From: an uncultured Pseudomonadota bacterium
GTDB taxonomy: Bacteria > Pseudomonadota > Alphaproteobacteria > RF32 > CAG-239
Direction: 5' to 3'
Length of the DNA: 64,000 bases
Assembly: GCA_949295995.1 (NCBI GenBank)
Contig: CASFNK010000063.1
Span: 73 to 64,072, forward strand
Under the pieces are notes generated by a model. It was given only the letters and a program-made list of their open reading frames with translations. It had not been told where the DNA came from and made no database searches. Shown one piece after another: positions 46,623 to 55,066 of this stretch (the first letter of the stretch is position 1; each line of letters starts with the position of its first letter). The position numbers and the translations under genes were made by a program.

Positions 46623-46741
46623 AATTCCTCCTTATTTTCTCAGGGTTAGAGATAATATGTGATAACTATACAACAAAAAATATTAGGAATCAATTCTTTT
46701 TTATGTTGAAATTCCTACAACCTAATATATAACAATAACAA

Positions 46742-46756
46742 TTAACGATTAGTTAA
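46742..46756. promoter_or_regulatory. CtrA-type box TTAA-N7-TTAA
   Basis: TTAACGATTAGTTAA(G), 30 nt upstream of the ATG at 46786. Confidence 0.4.
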
Positions 46757-46785
46757 GATAGAATAATGAAACTGGGGGTTACTAA

Positions 46786-47121
46786 ATGCGAGAGGATTAT
46801 GAGCCTTTTGAAAACGCTGAAGAGGTTTGGTTTTGGTTTTGCGGCTGTGTTATGGCAAGAGATGGCGGATTGCGTTCCTGCAATGATTTCAAAGGAAAAA
46901 TCAGAAATTGTGAAGTGGCGGATATTTATCGCATCATAAAGAAGATGAAGCTAAACCATCAAATCACCAATCGCCACCTTAGGGTAATGGTTAAATGGGG
47001 ACAGCTTGAGTGCTCGCCCTATTACCACTATCGCGCCAAAAGAAGCGAAATCAGACTCTGGGATGAAGGCTTGCACGCACTGGAAGGCTGGCTTTTGTCT
47101 AAGGGAATAATTAGCCTATGA
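46786..47121 (+). CDS. Hypothetical small protein, first gene of the phage-like cluster (regulator candidate)
   Basis: 111 aa. It is Trp/Cys-rich at the N-terminus and basic in the middle. It overlaps the next ORF by 4 nt. Confidence 0.5.
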   Translation: MREDYEPFENAEEVWFWFCGCVMARDGGLRSCNDFKGKIRNCEVADIYRIIKKMKLNHQITNRHLRVMVKWGQLECSPYYHYRAKRSEIRLWDEGLHALEGWLLSKGIISL

Positions 47122-47531
47122 GGTTGGATGTATTTGCCCCCAAGGATTGCGAGCAATGTTACGTTGTTTTTGCCGATAACACGACTTTATGGTGGTTAAG
47201 ACTCCTCAAGCCCGGATTCAGGCATTGCTATATTTTGTTAAAGCTCCGAGGAAGCGGGCTCTGGGTGGAGCTTAATCCTTTATCTAATCAAACATCTGTT
47301 TTTGTTTATGAATATCCTGCTACATTTGATTTTGCCGATTATGTTCGTCGGAGTCGGAAAGTTATTTTATGCCCGATAGAGATAGTCCAAGCCCCGCTAA
47401 AATGTGCGCCGTTATCTTTCTTTACCTGTGTTGAATTTGTAAAGCGTGTCATAGGGTTACACGATTGTTTCACCCATACACCATGGCAGCTTTATAAAAA
47501 AATATTAAAAATTGTAGGAAAAAGTTCTTGA
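47118..47531 (+). CDS. Hypothetical protein (137 aa), second gene of the cluster
   Basis: Translationally coupled (ATGA) to the preceding ORF. No motif recognised. Confidence 0.5.
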   Translation: MRLDVFAPKDCEQCYVVFADNTTLWWLRLLKPGFRHCYILLKLRGSGLWVELNPLSNQTSVFVYEYPATFDFADYVRRSRKVILCPIEIVQAPLKCAPLSFFTCVEFVKRVIGLHDCFTHTPWQLYKKILKIVGKSS

Positions 47532-47598
47532 CAAACGAAAAAAAATTTGCTACATACAAAATTGCCACTTGCTATTAGTGTGCCCAAAACAAAGTCAG

Positions 47599-47632
47599 AT
47601 TCGCAAGACGTTAAGTCTTAGCGAATTTTTTT
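47599..47632 (+). terminator. Strong intrinsic terminator between the two small ORFs and the packaging genes
   Basis: Stem ATTCGCAAGAC/GTCTT(A)GCGAAT (11 bp, one bulge), 5-nt loop, T6. It lies about 70 nt downstream of a TTGACA hexamer at 47528. Confidence 0.7.
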
Positions 47633-47666
47633 ATATCCCAAAACCTGTAAGAAGAAAGGAGTTAAA

Positions 47667-47984
47667 ATGCACTTCAAAAAGTCCAAGACATTGAAGTCCT
47701 TAAAGAAAAATTTGCAAAAGACTCTTCCCGAGAAGGTTTCACAGGTGTTAGAGAGTTATGAAACATTTTCGGAAAGACCGATTCCCGAAGATGCCAAAGG
47801 TTTTAGTGCACACCACAGCGCCTGTAAATCGGCAGTTACCCATGCTGAAACTTTGTTAAAGCTGGCCAAGTGGACGGAAGACGGAACATCAGAAAATACA
47901 ACTTCGTCGGGCACGGAAGATATTCTAAAATTGCTTGCGGAAGCGAGAGCTGAATTGGACGGTGCGGAAGATGAACCAGATTAG
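47667..47984 (+). CDS. Hypothetical protein in the small-terminase position
   Basis: 105 aa, RBS AAAGGAG, with a 3' end overlapping the terminase start. Assigned by position only. Confidence 0.35.
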   Translation: MHFKKSKTLKSLKKNLQKTLPEKVSQVLESYETFSERPIPEDAKGFSAHHSACKSAVTHAETLLKLAKWTEDGTSENTTSSGTEDILKLLAEARAELDGAEDEPD

Positions 47985-49458
47985 TTTTTACGAATTTATT
48001 TTTATCTGGTTCAAACTGCAAAATCTGAAAGTCCCTAAACACCAACGCAAAATAGCCAAGTGGCTGAGTATGATGTGGAAAAGCGAGCAAGACCGACAAG
48101 GATTACTGATGGCATTTCGCAACTCAGGCAAATCCACCATTGTCGGCCTTTTTTGTGCCTGGGTATTGTACACCAAACCCTCAACCAGAATTTTGGTAAT
48201 GGCGGCAGACCACGCTTTAGCCAAGAAAATGGTGCGCAATGTTAAACGCATCATTGAGCAACATCCGCTAACCCTATCGCTCAAGCCCGAAAAGTTGGAG
48301 CAGTGGGCGTCCGACCAATTTACCATTAGGCGGGATATGGAGTTACGCGACCCATCAATGTTGGCCAAAGGAATAGGTGCCAATATCACGGGTCTTCGTG
48401 CTGACTTGATTATTTGTGATGACGTCGAGGTTCCCAAAAATTGTGATACGCCGCTCAAACGGATTGAGCTAAGGGAAAAACTCGAGGAGTTGGACTATAT
48501 TCTAACACCTGAAGGCATGCAGTTATACATCGGAACACCGCATACGTTTTACACCATTTACCAGGTTGACTATGATAAATCACGTCCGGAGATTGAGCCA
48601 TTTTTGCTTAATTTCAAAAAATTGGAAATACCGATTTTGGACAAGAAAAATCAAAGCAGTTGGCCTGAGCGATTTTCGGTAGAAAAAATAGCCTCTTTAA
48701 GGCAACGCTCTGGAGAAAATAAGTTTCTATCGCAAATGATGTTGCAGCCGGTTAATTTCCGAGATTGCATACTCAATCCAGAAAGATTGTGTGTTTACAA
48801 TTTGGAGCTGACCCAAACTTATGCCAATGGTCGAGAGGTGTTGCACTTGGGCGATAAAAAATTGCTTTCGGCATCTTGCTGGTGGGATCCGTCTTTTGCC
48901 TCCTCCTCGGGAGATAACAGCGTCATAGCCTGTGTATTTACCGATGAGGAGGGAAAGTTTTGGCTCCATGATGTGGAATACATTAAACTGGTAGCTCAGT
49001 CGCAAGACAATCAAGCCTCGCTTCAGTGTGAAAAGGTTGCTGATTTTATTGAACGAAATCATCTGCCGTCCATTCGGGTTGAAGCAAACGGCATTGGCAA
49101 GTTTTTACCCGGTATCTTAAAGCAGACCCTGCAAAGGCGTAAGATTCGTACGGCGGTTTTAGAAATGTATTCGTCAACCAATAAAGCCGCCCGTATTTTG
49201 GAGGCGTTTGAAGTTTTGCTGGCCGACAGAGCACTGAATGCCCACCGCCGAATATGGAACACGCCGTTTATTGAAGAAATGCGGGAGTGGAACACGGAAG
49301 GCAGCGTTCATGATGATGGTTTAGACGCCGTCGCCGGTTGTTTGTCATCTGAGCCGATACGATTCACGCAAAATTATTCGGACGGAGGGGACTATAAACG
49401 CTTCTCTTGGCAAGGAAGCTCCGGTCAGTTTAAGGCACAAACCAATTTTAACATATAA
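47971..49458 (+). CDS. Terminase large subunit
   Basis: Walker A FRNSGKST, Walker B-like ILVMAAD and LIICDDVE, and nuclease-domain acidic motifs WWDPSFA and HDDGLDA. The track start 47935 is probably too early. Confidence 0.8.
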   Translation: MNQISFYEFIFIWFKLQNLKVPKHQRKIAKWLSMMWKSEQDRQGLLMAFRNSGKSTIVGLFCAWVLYTKPSTRILVMAADHALAKKMVRNVKRIIEQHPLTLSLKPEKLEQWASDQFTIRRDMELRDPSMLAKGIGANITGLRADLIICDDVEVPKNCDTPLKRIELREKLEELDYILTPEGMQLYIGTPHTFYTIYQVDYDKSRPEIEPFLLNFKKLEIPILDKKNQSSWPERFSVEKIASLRQRSGENKFLSQMMLQPVNFRDCILNPERLCVYNLELTQTYANGREVLHLGDKKLLSASCWWDPSFASSSGDNSVIACVFTDEEGKFWLHDVEYIKLVAQSQDNQASLQCEKVADFIERNHLPSIRVEANGIGKFLPGILKQTLQRRKIRTAVLEMYSSTNKAARILEAFEVLLADRALNAHRRIWNTPFIEEMREWNTEGSVHDDGLDAVAGCLSSEPIRFTQNYSDGGDYKRFSWQGSSGQFKAQTNFNI

Positions 49459-49463
49459 GGGAG

Positions 49464-49757
49464 TTGAAGATGTTTAATGAATTGATAAACTGGATAGCAA
49501 TGATTGAGTTGCCTCTTTTTGTAGCAGTTTTTCGGATGTTGGTCAAACAAAGAAAAGAAATGGAGGAACAACTCCTAGCCACTCAAAATCATACGGAGGG
49601 CAGGGTGGATATTTGTAAAGAATCATTAGCCGATTTCAAATTACATGTCGCCAGAAACTATGTTTCCACGGGCTATCTGAAAGATGTTGAAAATCGTTTA
49701 ACCAACCACTTGTTAAGGATTGAGAAAAAACTCGATGATGTCGGGAGGTCAAGATGA
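49464..49757 (+). CDS. N-terminal TM plus coiled-coil small protein (lysis accessory candidate)
   Basis: 97 aa with one hydrophobic helix (WIAMIELPLFVAVFRML) followed by a heptad-like region. It overlaps the lysin start by 4 nt. Confidence 0.45.
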   Translation: MKMFNELINWIAMIELPLFVAVFRMLVKQRKEMEEQLLATQNHTEGRVDICKESLADFKLHVARNYVSTGYLKDVENRLTNHLLRIEKKLDDVGRSR

Positions 49758-50170
49758 GTGAAGACTTAGACACATTAGCCCGTACGATTTACGGGGAGGC
49801 ACGAGGCGAGAGCATATCCGGAATGGAAGCTGTCGCCTCAGTTGTATTAAACCGTTTGGCTTTTAGCCGAAGGAAAGGACGTTATTGGTGGGGCAATACG
49901 ATAAAAGGAATATGTCGTTGTCCCTACCAATTTTCGTGTTGGAACAAGTCTGATTCCAACTATGCTCTGATACAAAGGGTTACAGATACGGATATTATCT
50001 TTTGTATTTGCAAACGCATTGCAGGCAGAGCAATTTCGGGACTTTTGGAAGATAACACGTCGCATGCCACGCATTATCACACCAAAAGCACCAATCCTTC
50101 TTGGGCAAGGGGAAAAATACCCTGCGCCGAGATAGGGCATCATCTCTTTTACAATGATGTAGAGACATAA
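49754..50170 (+). CDS. SleB-type cell-wall hydrolase (endolysin)
   Basis: LARTIYGEARGESISGMEAVASVVLNR...PYQFSCWN is the Hydrolase_2/SleB signature. Confidence 0.8.
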   Translation: MSEDLDTLARTIYGEARGESISGMEAVASVVLNRLAFSRRKGRYWWGNTIKGICRCPYQFSCWNKSDSNYALIQRVTDTDIIFCICKRIAGRAISGLLEDNTSHATHYHTKSTNPSWARGKIPCAEIGHHLFYNDVET

Positions 50171-50530
50171 ATGATTTTTAAAACAAAAGCACCGATGACG
50201 CTGATGAAAATCATGCGTCATTTTTTTTGTGGCAGCGCGCTTTTAAGACGAAAGAGGCATGGTTCGTCTTGGGAGCGCAATTGGCGTCCGCTTTTTGGGT
50301 ATTCGGTATGTCTGACATGGGTTCTGCAAATGAGCACGATATGTTGGGTTGTCTGGATAAATCACCCACGAGCGGAAAAAATTATTATGGCATTTGTTGA
50401 AACAACATCGCTTTGGAGTATGGCTTTGGGCGTTATGGGAATTTCAGTGGTTAAAAGTTCCAACTTCACCGAGAAAAAAACTCAAACCTCAAAGTCAGCT
50501 CCAAAGTCCAATCAAACCAATATCAAATGA
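50171..50530 (+). CDS. Holin-like membrane protein
   Basis: 119 aa with two to three hydrophobic helices. The W-x-R-N-W-R-P motif before TM1 is reminiscent of the alphaproteobacterial 3-TM holin family. It sits next to the lysin. Confidence 0.45.
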   Translation: MIFKTKAPMTLMKIMRHFFCGSALLRRKRHGSSWERNWRPLFGYSVCLTWVLQMSTICWVVWINHPRAEKIIMAFVETTSLWSMALGVMGISVVKSSNFTEKKTQTSKSAPKSNQTNIK

Positions 50531-50766
50531 AAGGAAAAACAATGGGAGGAGTATTTAATAAAATATTCAGCACACCAAAAATACAACAGCCGGTAATTCC
50601 GGTTGTTGATACTCAAGTAGAAGCCCAAAACAATACGGAACAAGAAAAACAAGAAAACATAGCACGTCAACGTCGAGGACAAGAAGGAACAATTCGCACT
50701 TCTTATAATGGTATTTTGGGAGAAAAGGAAGACAATCTCAAACGTAAAAATCTCTTGGGAGAATAA
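50527..50766 (+). CDS. Small phage-type protein (79 aa; possibly starts at 50542)
   Basis: QRRGQEGTIRTSYNGILG...KRKNLLGE resembles a small conserved protein I recall seeing upstream of podovirus portal genes. Confidence 0.45.
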   Translation: MKGKTMGGVFNKIFSTPKIQQPVIPVVDTQVEAQNNTEQEKQENIARQRRGQEGTIRTSYNGILGEKEDNLKRKNLLGE

Positions 50767-50768
50767 AG

Positions 50769-52295
50769 ATGGAGCTGCAACTTGAAAAATTGGTAAGCCG
50801 TTATAAAAAGGCTGCTGAAAGAAAACAAAATTGGGAGGAGCATTGGCGAGAATGCTATGAATATGCGTTCCCGCTAAGAGAAAATGTCAGCTCTTTTGGC
50901 TACGAAGCACCGCAAGGCTCCAAGAAAAATTTGTGTTTGTTTGATGGCACGGCACCTGATGCGGTGGATCAGTTAGCCTCATCGTTACTTTCAGAATTAA
51001 CACCTCCTTGGGCTAAATGGTTTGGATTAAGACCAGGTAATGAGCTTAGTCCCATTGAACAAGAACAAGTTGCGCCGATTTTGGATAAATCCTCAGAAAT
51101 TATGCTGCAAAATTTTGAACATTCCAATTTTGCGGTAGAGGTTCACCAATGTTATTTAGATTTGGTAACAGTCGGTACGGCTTGCTTAATGTTTGAGGAG
51201 GCAGCGATTGGAGAGGCGACGGCGTTTCATTTTTATGCGGTTCCTTTGAGAGAAATTGCCATTGAAGAAAGTTCGGATGGCAAGATTGATACCACGTTTC
51301 GTTGTTCAAAACTCAATTTGGAAGGCATACGCACCCGTTTTCCCGAGGCCGAAATTCCGCCTTTCTTGCAGGAGCGATTGGAGCAAGACAGAGAGTATCA
51401 GCTCAGTGTTATAGAGGCGGTGATGCCGAGAAATTACAATGCCGGTGCTTGTGGGTATGATTATATTGCATTTGCTTGGGATGAAAACAGTGGTTATGAA
51501 GATAGTTGTATCTTAAAAGAAGGTATATTTGAAACATCACCGTTTATTAACTTTAGGTGGTTAAAAGCTCCGGGAGAAATTTATGGTCGTTCACCAGTCA
51601 TGAAAGCTCTGCCGGATATTAAAACTGCGAATAAGGTAGTGGAGTTGATTTTGAAAAATGCCTCCATTTCTGTAACTGGTATTTGGCAAGCAGATGACGA
51701 TGGCATATTAAATCCGGACAACATCAAACTCGTTCCGGGGGCAATTATCCCCAAAGCGGTAGGCTCCAAAGGTTTAACGCCGTTGAGTGCCCCCGGTAAT
51801 TTTGATGTTTCGCAACTCATACTTTCTGATTTGCGGCAAAGAATAAATCATTCATTACTGGCTGACAGATTAGCCCAAATTGCCACTCCGAATATGACCG
51901 CCACGGAAGTTTTGGAACGCTCTGCAGAAGTTGCACGCATTTTAGGAGCGACTTTTGGGCGTCTGCAATCGGAATTACTGACGCCGCTTTTAAAACGAGC
52001 CTTCCAAATTTTACGTCGTCGTGGGGATATTCCGAATTTTGACTTAGATGGGAAGATTGTTGATTTGCAGTATAAATCGCCTCTGGCTTTGGCGCAAACC
52101 CGCAAGGATATTACCAATGTCAGCGAGTGGGTGTCAATGCTTGCCACCTTTGGGACAGATGCCTTAGCGGCGGTCAATGTGGAAGAAGCCTCCAGATGGT
52201 TGGGCAAAACCCTTTGCGTCCCATCGCAGTTGATAAGGGAAACACCGCTCACCTCTGAGCCTGAAGTAGCGGAGCCAGAGAATGCAGCCGTATGA
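50769..52295 (+). CDS. Portal (head-to-tail connector) protein candidate
   Basis: 508 aa. Assigned from position after the terminase and lysis genes and from size and acidic C-terminus, which are consistent with T7/BPP-1-type connectors. No HMM was run. Confidence 0.6.
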   Translation: MELQLEKLVSRYKKAAERKQNWEEHWRECYEYAFPLRENVSSFGYEAPQGSKKNLCLFDGTAPDAVDQLASSLLSELTPPWAKWFGLRPGNELSPIEQEQVAPILDKSSEIMLQNFEHSNFAVEVHQCYLDLVTVGTACLMFEEAAIGEATAFHFYAVPLREIAIEESSDGKIDTTFRCSKLNLEGIRTRFPEAEIPPFLQERLEQDREYQLSVIEAVMPRNYNAGACGYDYIAFAWDENSGYEDSCILKEGIFETSPFINFRWLKAPGEIYGRSPVMKALPDIKTANKVVELILKNASISVTGIWQADDDGILNPDNIKLVPGAIIPKAVGSKGLTPLSAPGNFDVSQLILSDLRQRINHSLLADRLAQIATPNMTATEVLERSAEVARILGATFGRLQSELLTPLLKRAFQILRRRGDIPNFDLDGKIVDLQYKSPLALAQTRKDITNVSEWVSMLATFGTDALAAVNVEEASRWLGKTLCVPSQLIRETPLTSEPEVAEPENAAV

Positions 52296-52503
52296 TACCC
52301 GACAAATGTCGGAAGCACAGATTCGTGAAGCATTTATAAAATGCTTTTCGAGCAGGGAAGGGAGAATAGTCCTCTCTTACCTAAAACGTCTGACACAGGA
52401 GCGATGTTTGGGACCGGAAAGTTCTTCGGATGCGTTACGTCATCTGGAAGGACAAAGACATCTGGTTTCAATAATTCAAAACAAGATATCAGACGAAAAT
52501 TAA
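52282..52503 (+). CDS. Small conserved-position phage protein (73 aa)
   Basis: It overlaps the portal 3' end by 14 nt. The position matches small post-portal proteins of BPP-1-like podoviruses, as I recall them. Confidence 0.4.
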   Translation: MQPYDTRQMSEAQIREAFIKCFSSREGRIVLSYLKRLTQERCLGPESSSDALRHLEGQRHLVSIIQNKISDEN

Positions 52504-52521
52504 CCAAAGAAAGGAAAAGAC

Positions 52522-53244
52522 ATGAAAGAAAGACCAGTTGAAAACCTCAACGAAATGAATCTTGCAGCCCAGCAGAGTTCAGGTCCTTCAGCCTCGGCAC
52601 AAGGGAAACCGGCGAATTTGCCGCCCAAATTCTGGGATGAAGCCACTCAAAGTGTAAAACTGCAAGAATTGATAGATGACTATAACTCTATGGCCATGAG
52701 AGATGAAAATCTGATAGAAACGCACAACCGCAATATGCCGGAAAGCTATGATAAATATCAGATAAAAATCCCAAACGAATTGTTGGATCATGATGAAGAA
52801 TTGTTCAAACAGTTTTATGAACATGGCTTTACCAATGACCAAGCACAATTTGTCTATGACCTGGCCAATGAACGAGTCATACCGGTTTTAGACCAGTTGA
52901 CCGTAAACTTTGAGGCTCAAAAACAACTTGCCAAGCTGACCAATTATTTTGGTGGACGAGAGAGATTTGATGAAGTATCGCGTCAAATTTCGGCTTGGGC
53001 AAAACAAAATTTGAGCGGGGACGTCTATGACGCTTTAGGCTCGACGGCTGAAGGCGTAATAGCCTTGTATAAGATGATGTCGTCTAACGAACCGATGCTT
53101 AGCAAAGATAAGGGCTATGAAGGGGAGTTAAATGAACAAACCTTACGCAAGATGATGGAAGATCCGCGTTACTGGCGAGACAAAGACAGTGCTTATATCA
53201 ATAAGATTACGCGCGGATTTGAAAAACTCTACCCTGAAAAATAA
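52522..53244 (+). CDS. Scaffolding protein candidate
   Basis: 240 aa, acidic and helical, located between the portal and capsid genes. Confidence 0.45.
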   Translation: MKERPVENLNEMNLAAQQSSGPSASAQGKPANLPPKFWDEATQSVKLQELIDDYNSMAMRDENLIETHNRNMPESYDKYQIKIPNELLDHDEELFKQFYEHGFTNDQAQFVYDLANERVIPVLDQLTVNFEAQKQLAKLTNYFGGRERFDEVSRQISAWAKQNLSGDVYDALGSTAEGVIALYKMMSSNEPMLSKDKGYEGELNEQTLRKMMEDPRYWRDKDSAYINKITRGFEKLYPEK

Positions 53245-53264
53245 ACCTTTTCAGGGTTTTTTTT
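53231..53264 (+). terminator. Hairpin terminator overlapping the end of the scaffold-like gene
   Basis: Stem ACCCTGAAAA/TTTTCAGGGT followed by T8. Confidence 0.65.
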
Positions 53265-53294
53265 ATATAGGTTAATCACAAATAGGAGGAAAAT

Positions 53295-54134
53295 ATGTCA
53301 ACACAAATAACCGAATCCTTTATCAAACAATTTGAAGCCGATGTTCACTTGGCTTACCAACAAAACGGCTCAAAATTGAGAAATGCGGTTCGTACCAAAA
53401 ACAATGTCAAAGGCTCATCCACCGTCTTCCAAAAAGTCGGCAAAGGCATTGCTTCACAAAAAGCGCGCCATGGCTTGGTACCGGTAATGTCTTTGGATCA
53501 CACCCCGATTGAGTGTGAACTCCAAGACTACTACGCCGGCGATTGGGTAGATGCTTTGGATGAATTAAAGGTCAGCATTGATGAACGTCGCGTTATTGCC
53601 AATTCGGGAGCTTATGCTTTGGGACGCAAAACCGACGAATTGATTATTGATGCCTTGAGCAAAGCCCCCGAAGACAACGATGTCGGCGATTATAGTTTGG
53701 CCATGAGCAAAAAAGATATTTTGGATGCTTTTGCCAAATTGAACTCTAACGATGTTCCTGATGACGGACAACGTTTTGGTTTGGTAGGACCTTACCAATG
53801 GAATGCTTTGCTCAACATTGCCGAGTTCTCAAATTCTGATTATGCCGGCGATAATCTGCCATTTTTAAAAGGAACCGAGAGCCGTAAATGGTTAGGGATT
53901 AACTGGATTATGCATACTGGTTTGCCTTTAAGTGGCACAGAGCGTCAGTGCTTTATCTTCCACAAAACGGCAGTCGGACACGCTTGCGGACAAGATGTTC
54001 AAAGCGACATCACCTGGCATGGCGACCATGCAGCTCACTTCGTCAATAATATGATGAGCCAAGGAGCTTGCTTGATTGATCCGACCGGAGTTGTTCGGAT
54101 TAAGTGCAAAGAAGAATCTTCAATCAGCGAATAA
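53295..54134 (+). CDS. Major capsid protein candidate
   Basis: 279 aa with a strong RBS (AGGAGG), bracketed by terminators. Position and size fit. The N-terminal block resembles capsid proteins I recall from BPP-1-like podoviruses. Confidence 0.55.
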   Translation: MSTQITESFIKQFEADVHLAYQQNGSKLRNAVRTKNNVKGSSTVFQKVGKGIASQKARHGLVPVMSLDHTPIECELQDYYAGDWVDALDELKVSIDERRVIANSGAYALGRKTDELIIDALSKAPEDNDVGDYSLAMSKKDILDAFAKLNSNDVPDDGQRFGLVGPYQWNALLNIAEFSNSDYAGDNLPFLKGTESRKWLGINWIMHTGLPLSGTERQCFIFHKTAVGHACGQDVQSDITWHGDHAAHFVNNMMSQGACLIDPTGVVRIKCKEESSISE

Positions 54135-54145
54135 GGAGAAAGAAC

Positions 54146-54415
54146 ATGTCGTTTATGTCAAAAGATTTTAGTGTTATAGCCTATGCCAATGGTTTTACGC
54201 TTTGGAACTACACCACGAAAGATACATTGGATACCGTAAAAGGAGCAAATTACTTTAATGATATTGCACCTTTTGCACGTATAGGCGATATGATTTTGAC
54301 CGTAGCTAATAATCAAAGTACGATTGCACCGGCAATTTTGGCAGTAACAGCAATTGCAGACGGTGTTGTTTCCGTATCAGATTTTACGAGTAGCGCAGGC
54401 TCAGCCGCGGCATAA
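54146..54415 (+). CDS. Small head-associated protein candidate (89 aa)
   Basis: The ATG at 54146 has RBS AGGAG (track ORF 54104..54415). LWNYTTKDTLDTVKGANYFND...IGDMI resembles a small ORF commonly found after capsid genes in alphaproteobacterial phage and GTA clusters, as I recall them. Confidence 0.45.
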   Translation: MSFMSKDFSVIAYANGFTLWNYTTKDTLDTVKGANYFNDIAPFARIGDMILTVANNQSTIAPAILAVTAIADGVVSVSDFTSSAGSAAA

Positions 54416-54443
54416 AATCATAAACACATTAATAGCAAAGGCA

Positions 54444-54481
54444 GGAGAAACCTTTTAACGAAAAAGGTTTCTCCTTTTTTA
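54444..54481 (+). terminator. Strong intrinsic terminator after the capsid-region genes
   Basis: 13-bp stem AGGAGAAACCTTT/AAAGGTTTCTCCT followed by T6. Confidence 0.75.
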
Positions 54482-54496
54482 TCAACGGAGAAAATC

Positions 54497-55066
54497 ATGA
54501 GTTATACCAACATAGGAATCTGTTCCAATGCATTACTAAAAATTGGTGCGGAAGGCATCACCTCGTTTGAAGACGGCACGGCGGAAGCAGAGATAGCCTA
54601 CAGCTTGTATCCTCTGATACGCGATAGCTTGCTGTCCTCATATCCATGGAGTTTTGCCAAAGCGCAAAAAACTTTACCGAGATTAAATGATATTCCTGTT
54701 GCCGATTATCAGTATGCCTATTTATTGCCAAATGATTTTTTAAGAGTAATTTCAGCCGGCAATGGGCGTAGAGGACGCGGCATAGAATATCGTATTTATG
54801 AAAACCGACTTCATACCAATTCTGAAAATGTCAGCCTGAGTTATATCTTTCGCCCGCAAGAAAGCACTTTTCCGGCATTTTTTTGCGAAGCCTTGACAGC
54901 GAAATTGGCAGCAGAATTTTGCCTTCCGTTAACAGAAAGCACGACAAGGGCAGAGCTTTTGGAAAAATTAGCGGAAGAAACCATCAATAAAGCACGTTTG
55001 GTAGATGCGCAACAAGGCACACCGAGAACCTTAGAAGATTTTTCACTAATGGAGGCAAGATTATGA
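54497..55066 (+). CDS. Head-tail adaptor / tail tubular protein A-like candidate
   Basis: 189 aa. The N-terminal CSNALLKIGAEGITSFEDGTAEAE...YPWSFA pattern resembles podoviral adaptor proteins I recall. It overlaps the next gene by 4 nt. Confidence 0.45.
   Translation: MSYTNIGICSNALLKIGAEGITSFEDGTAEAEIAYSLYPLIRDSLLSSYPWSFAKAQKTLPRLNDIPVADYQYAYLLPNDFLRVISAGNGRRGRGIEYRIYENRLHTNSENVSLSYIFRPQESTFPAFFCEALTAKLAAEFCLPLTESTTRAELLEKLAEETINKARLVDAQQGTPRTLEDFSLMEARL

Noticed and set aside
47836-52333. Antisense ORFs within the terminase and portal-size genes (47988..48458, 48727..49062, 51848..52333)
   Set aside because: They are opposite-strand shadows of long, motif-supported or operon-embedded ORFs. 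They have no independent signals.
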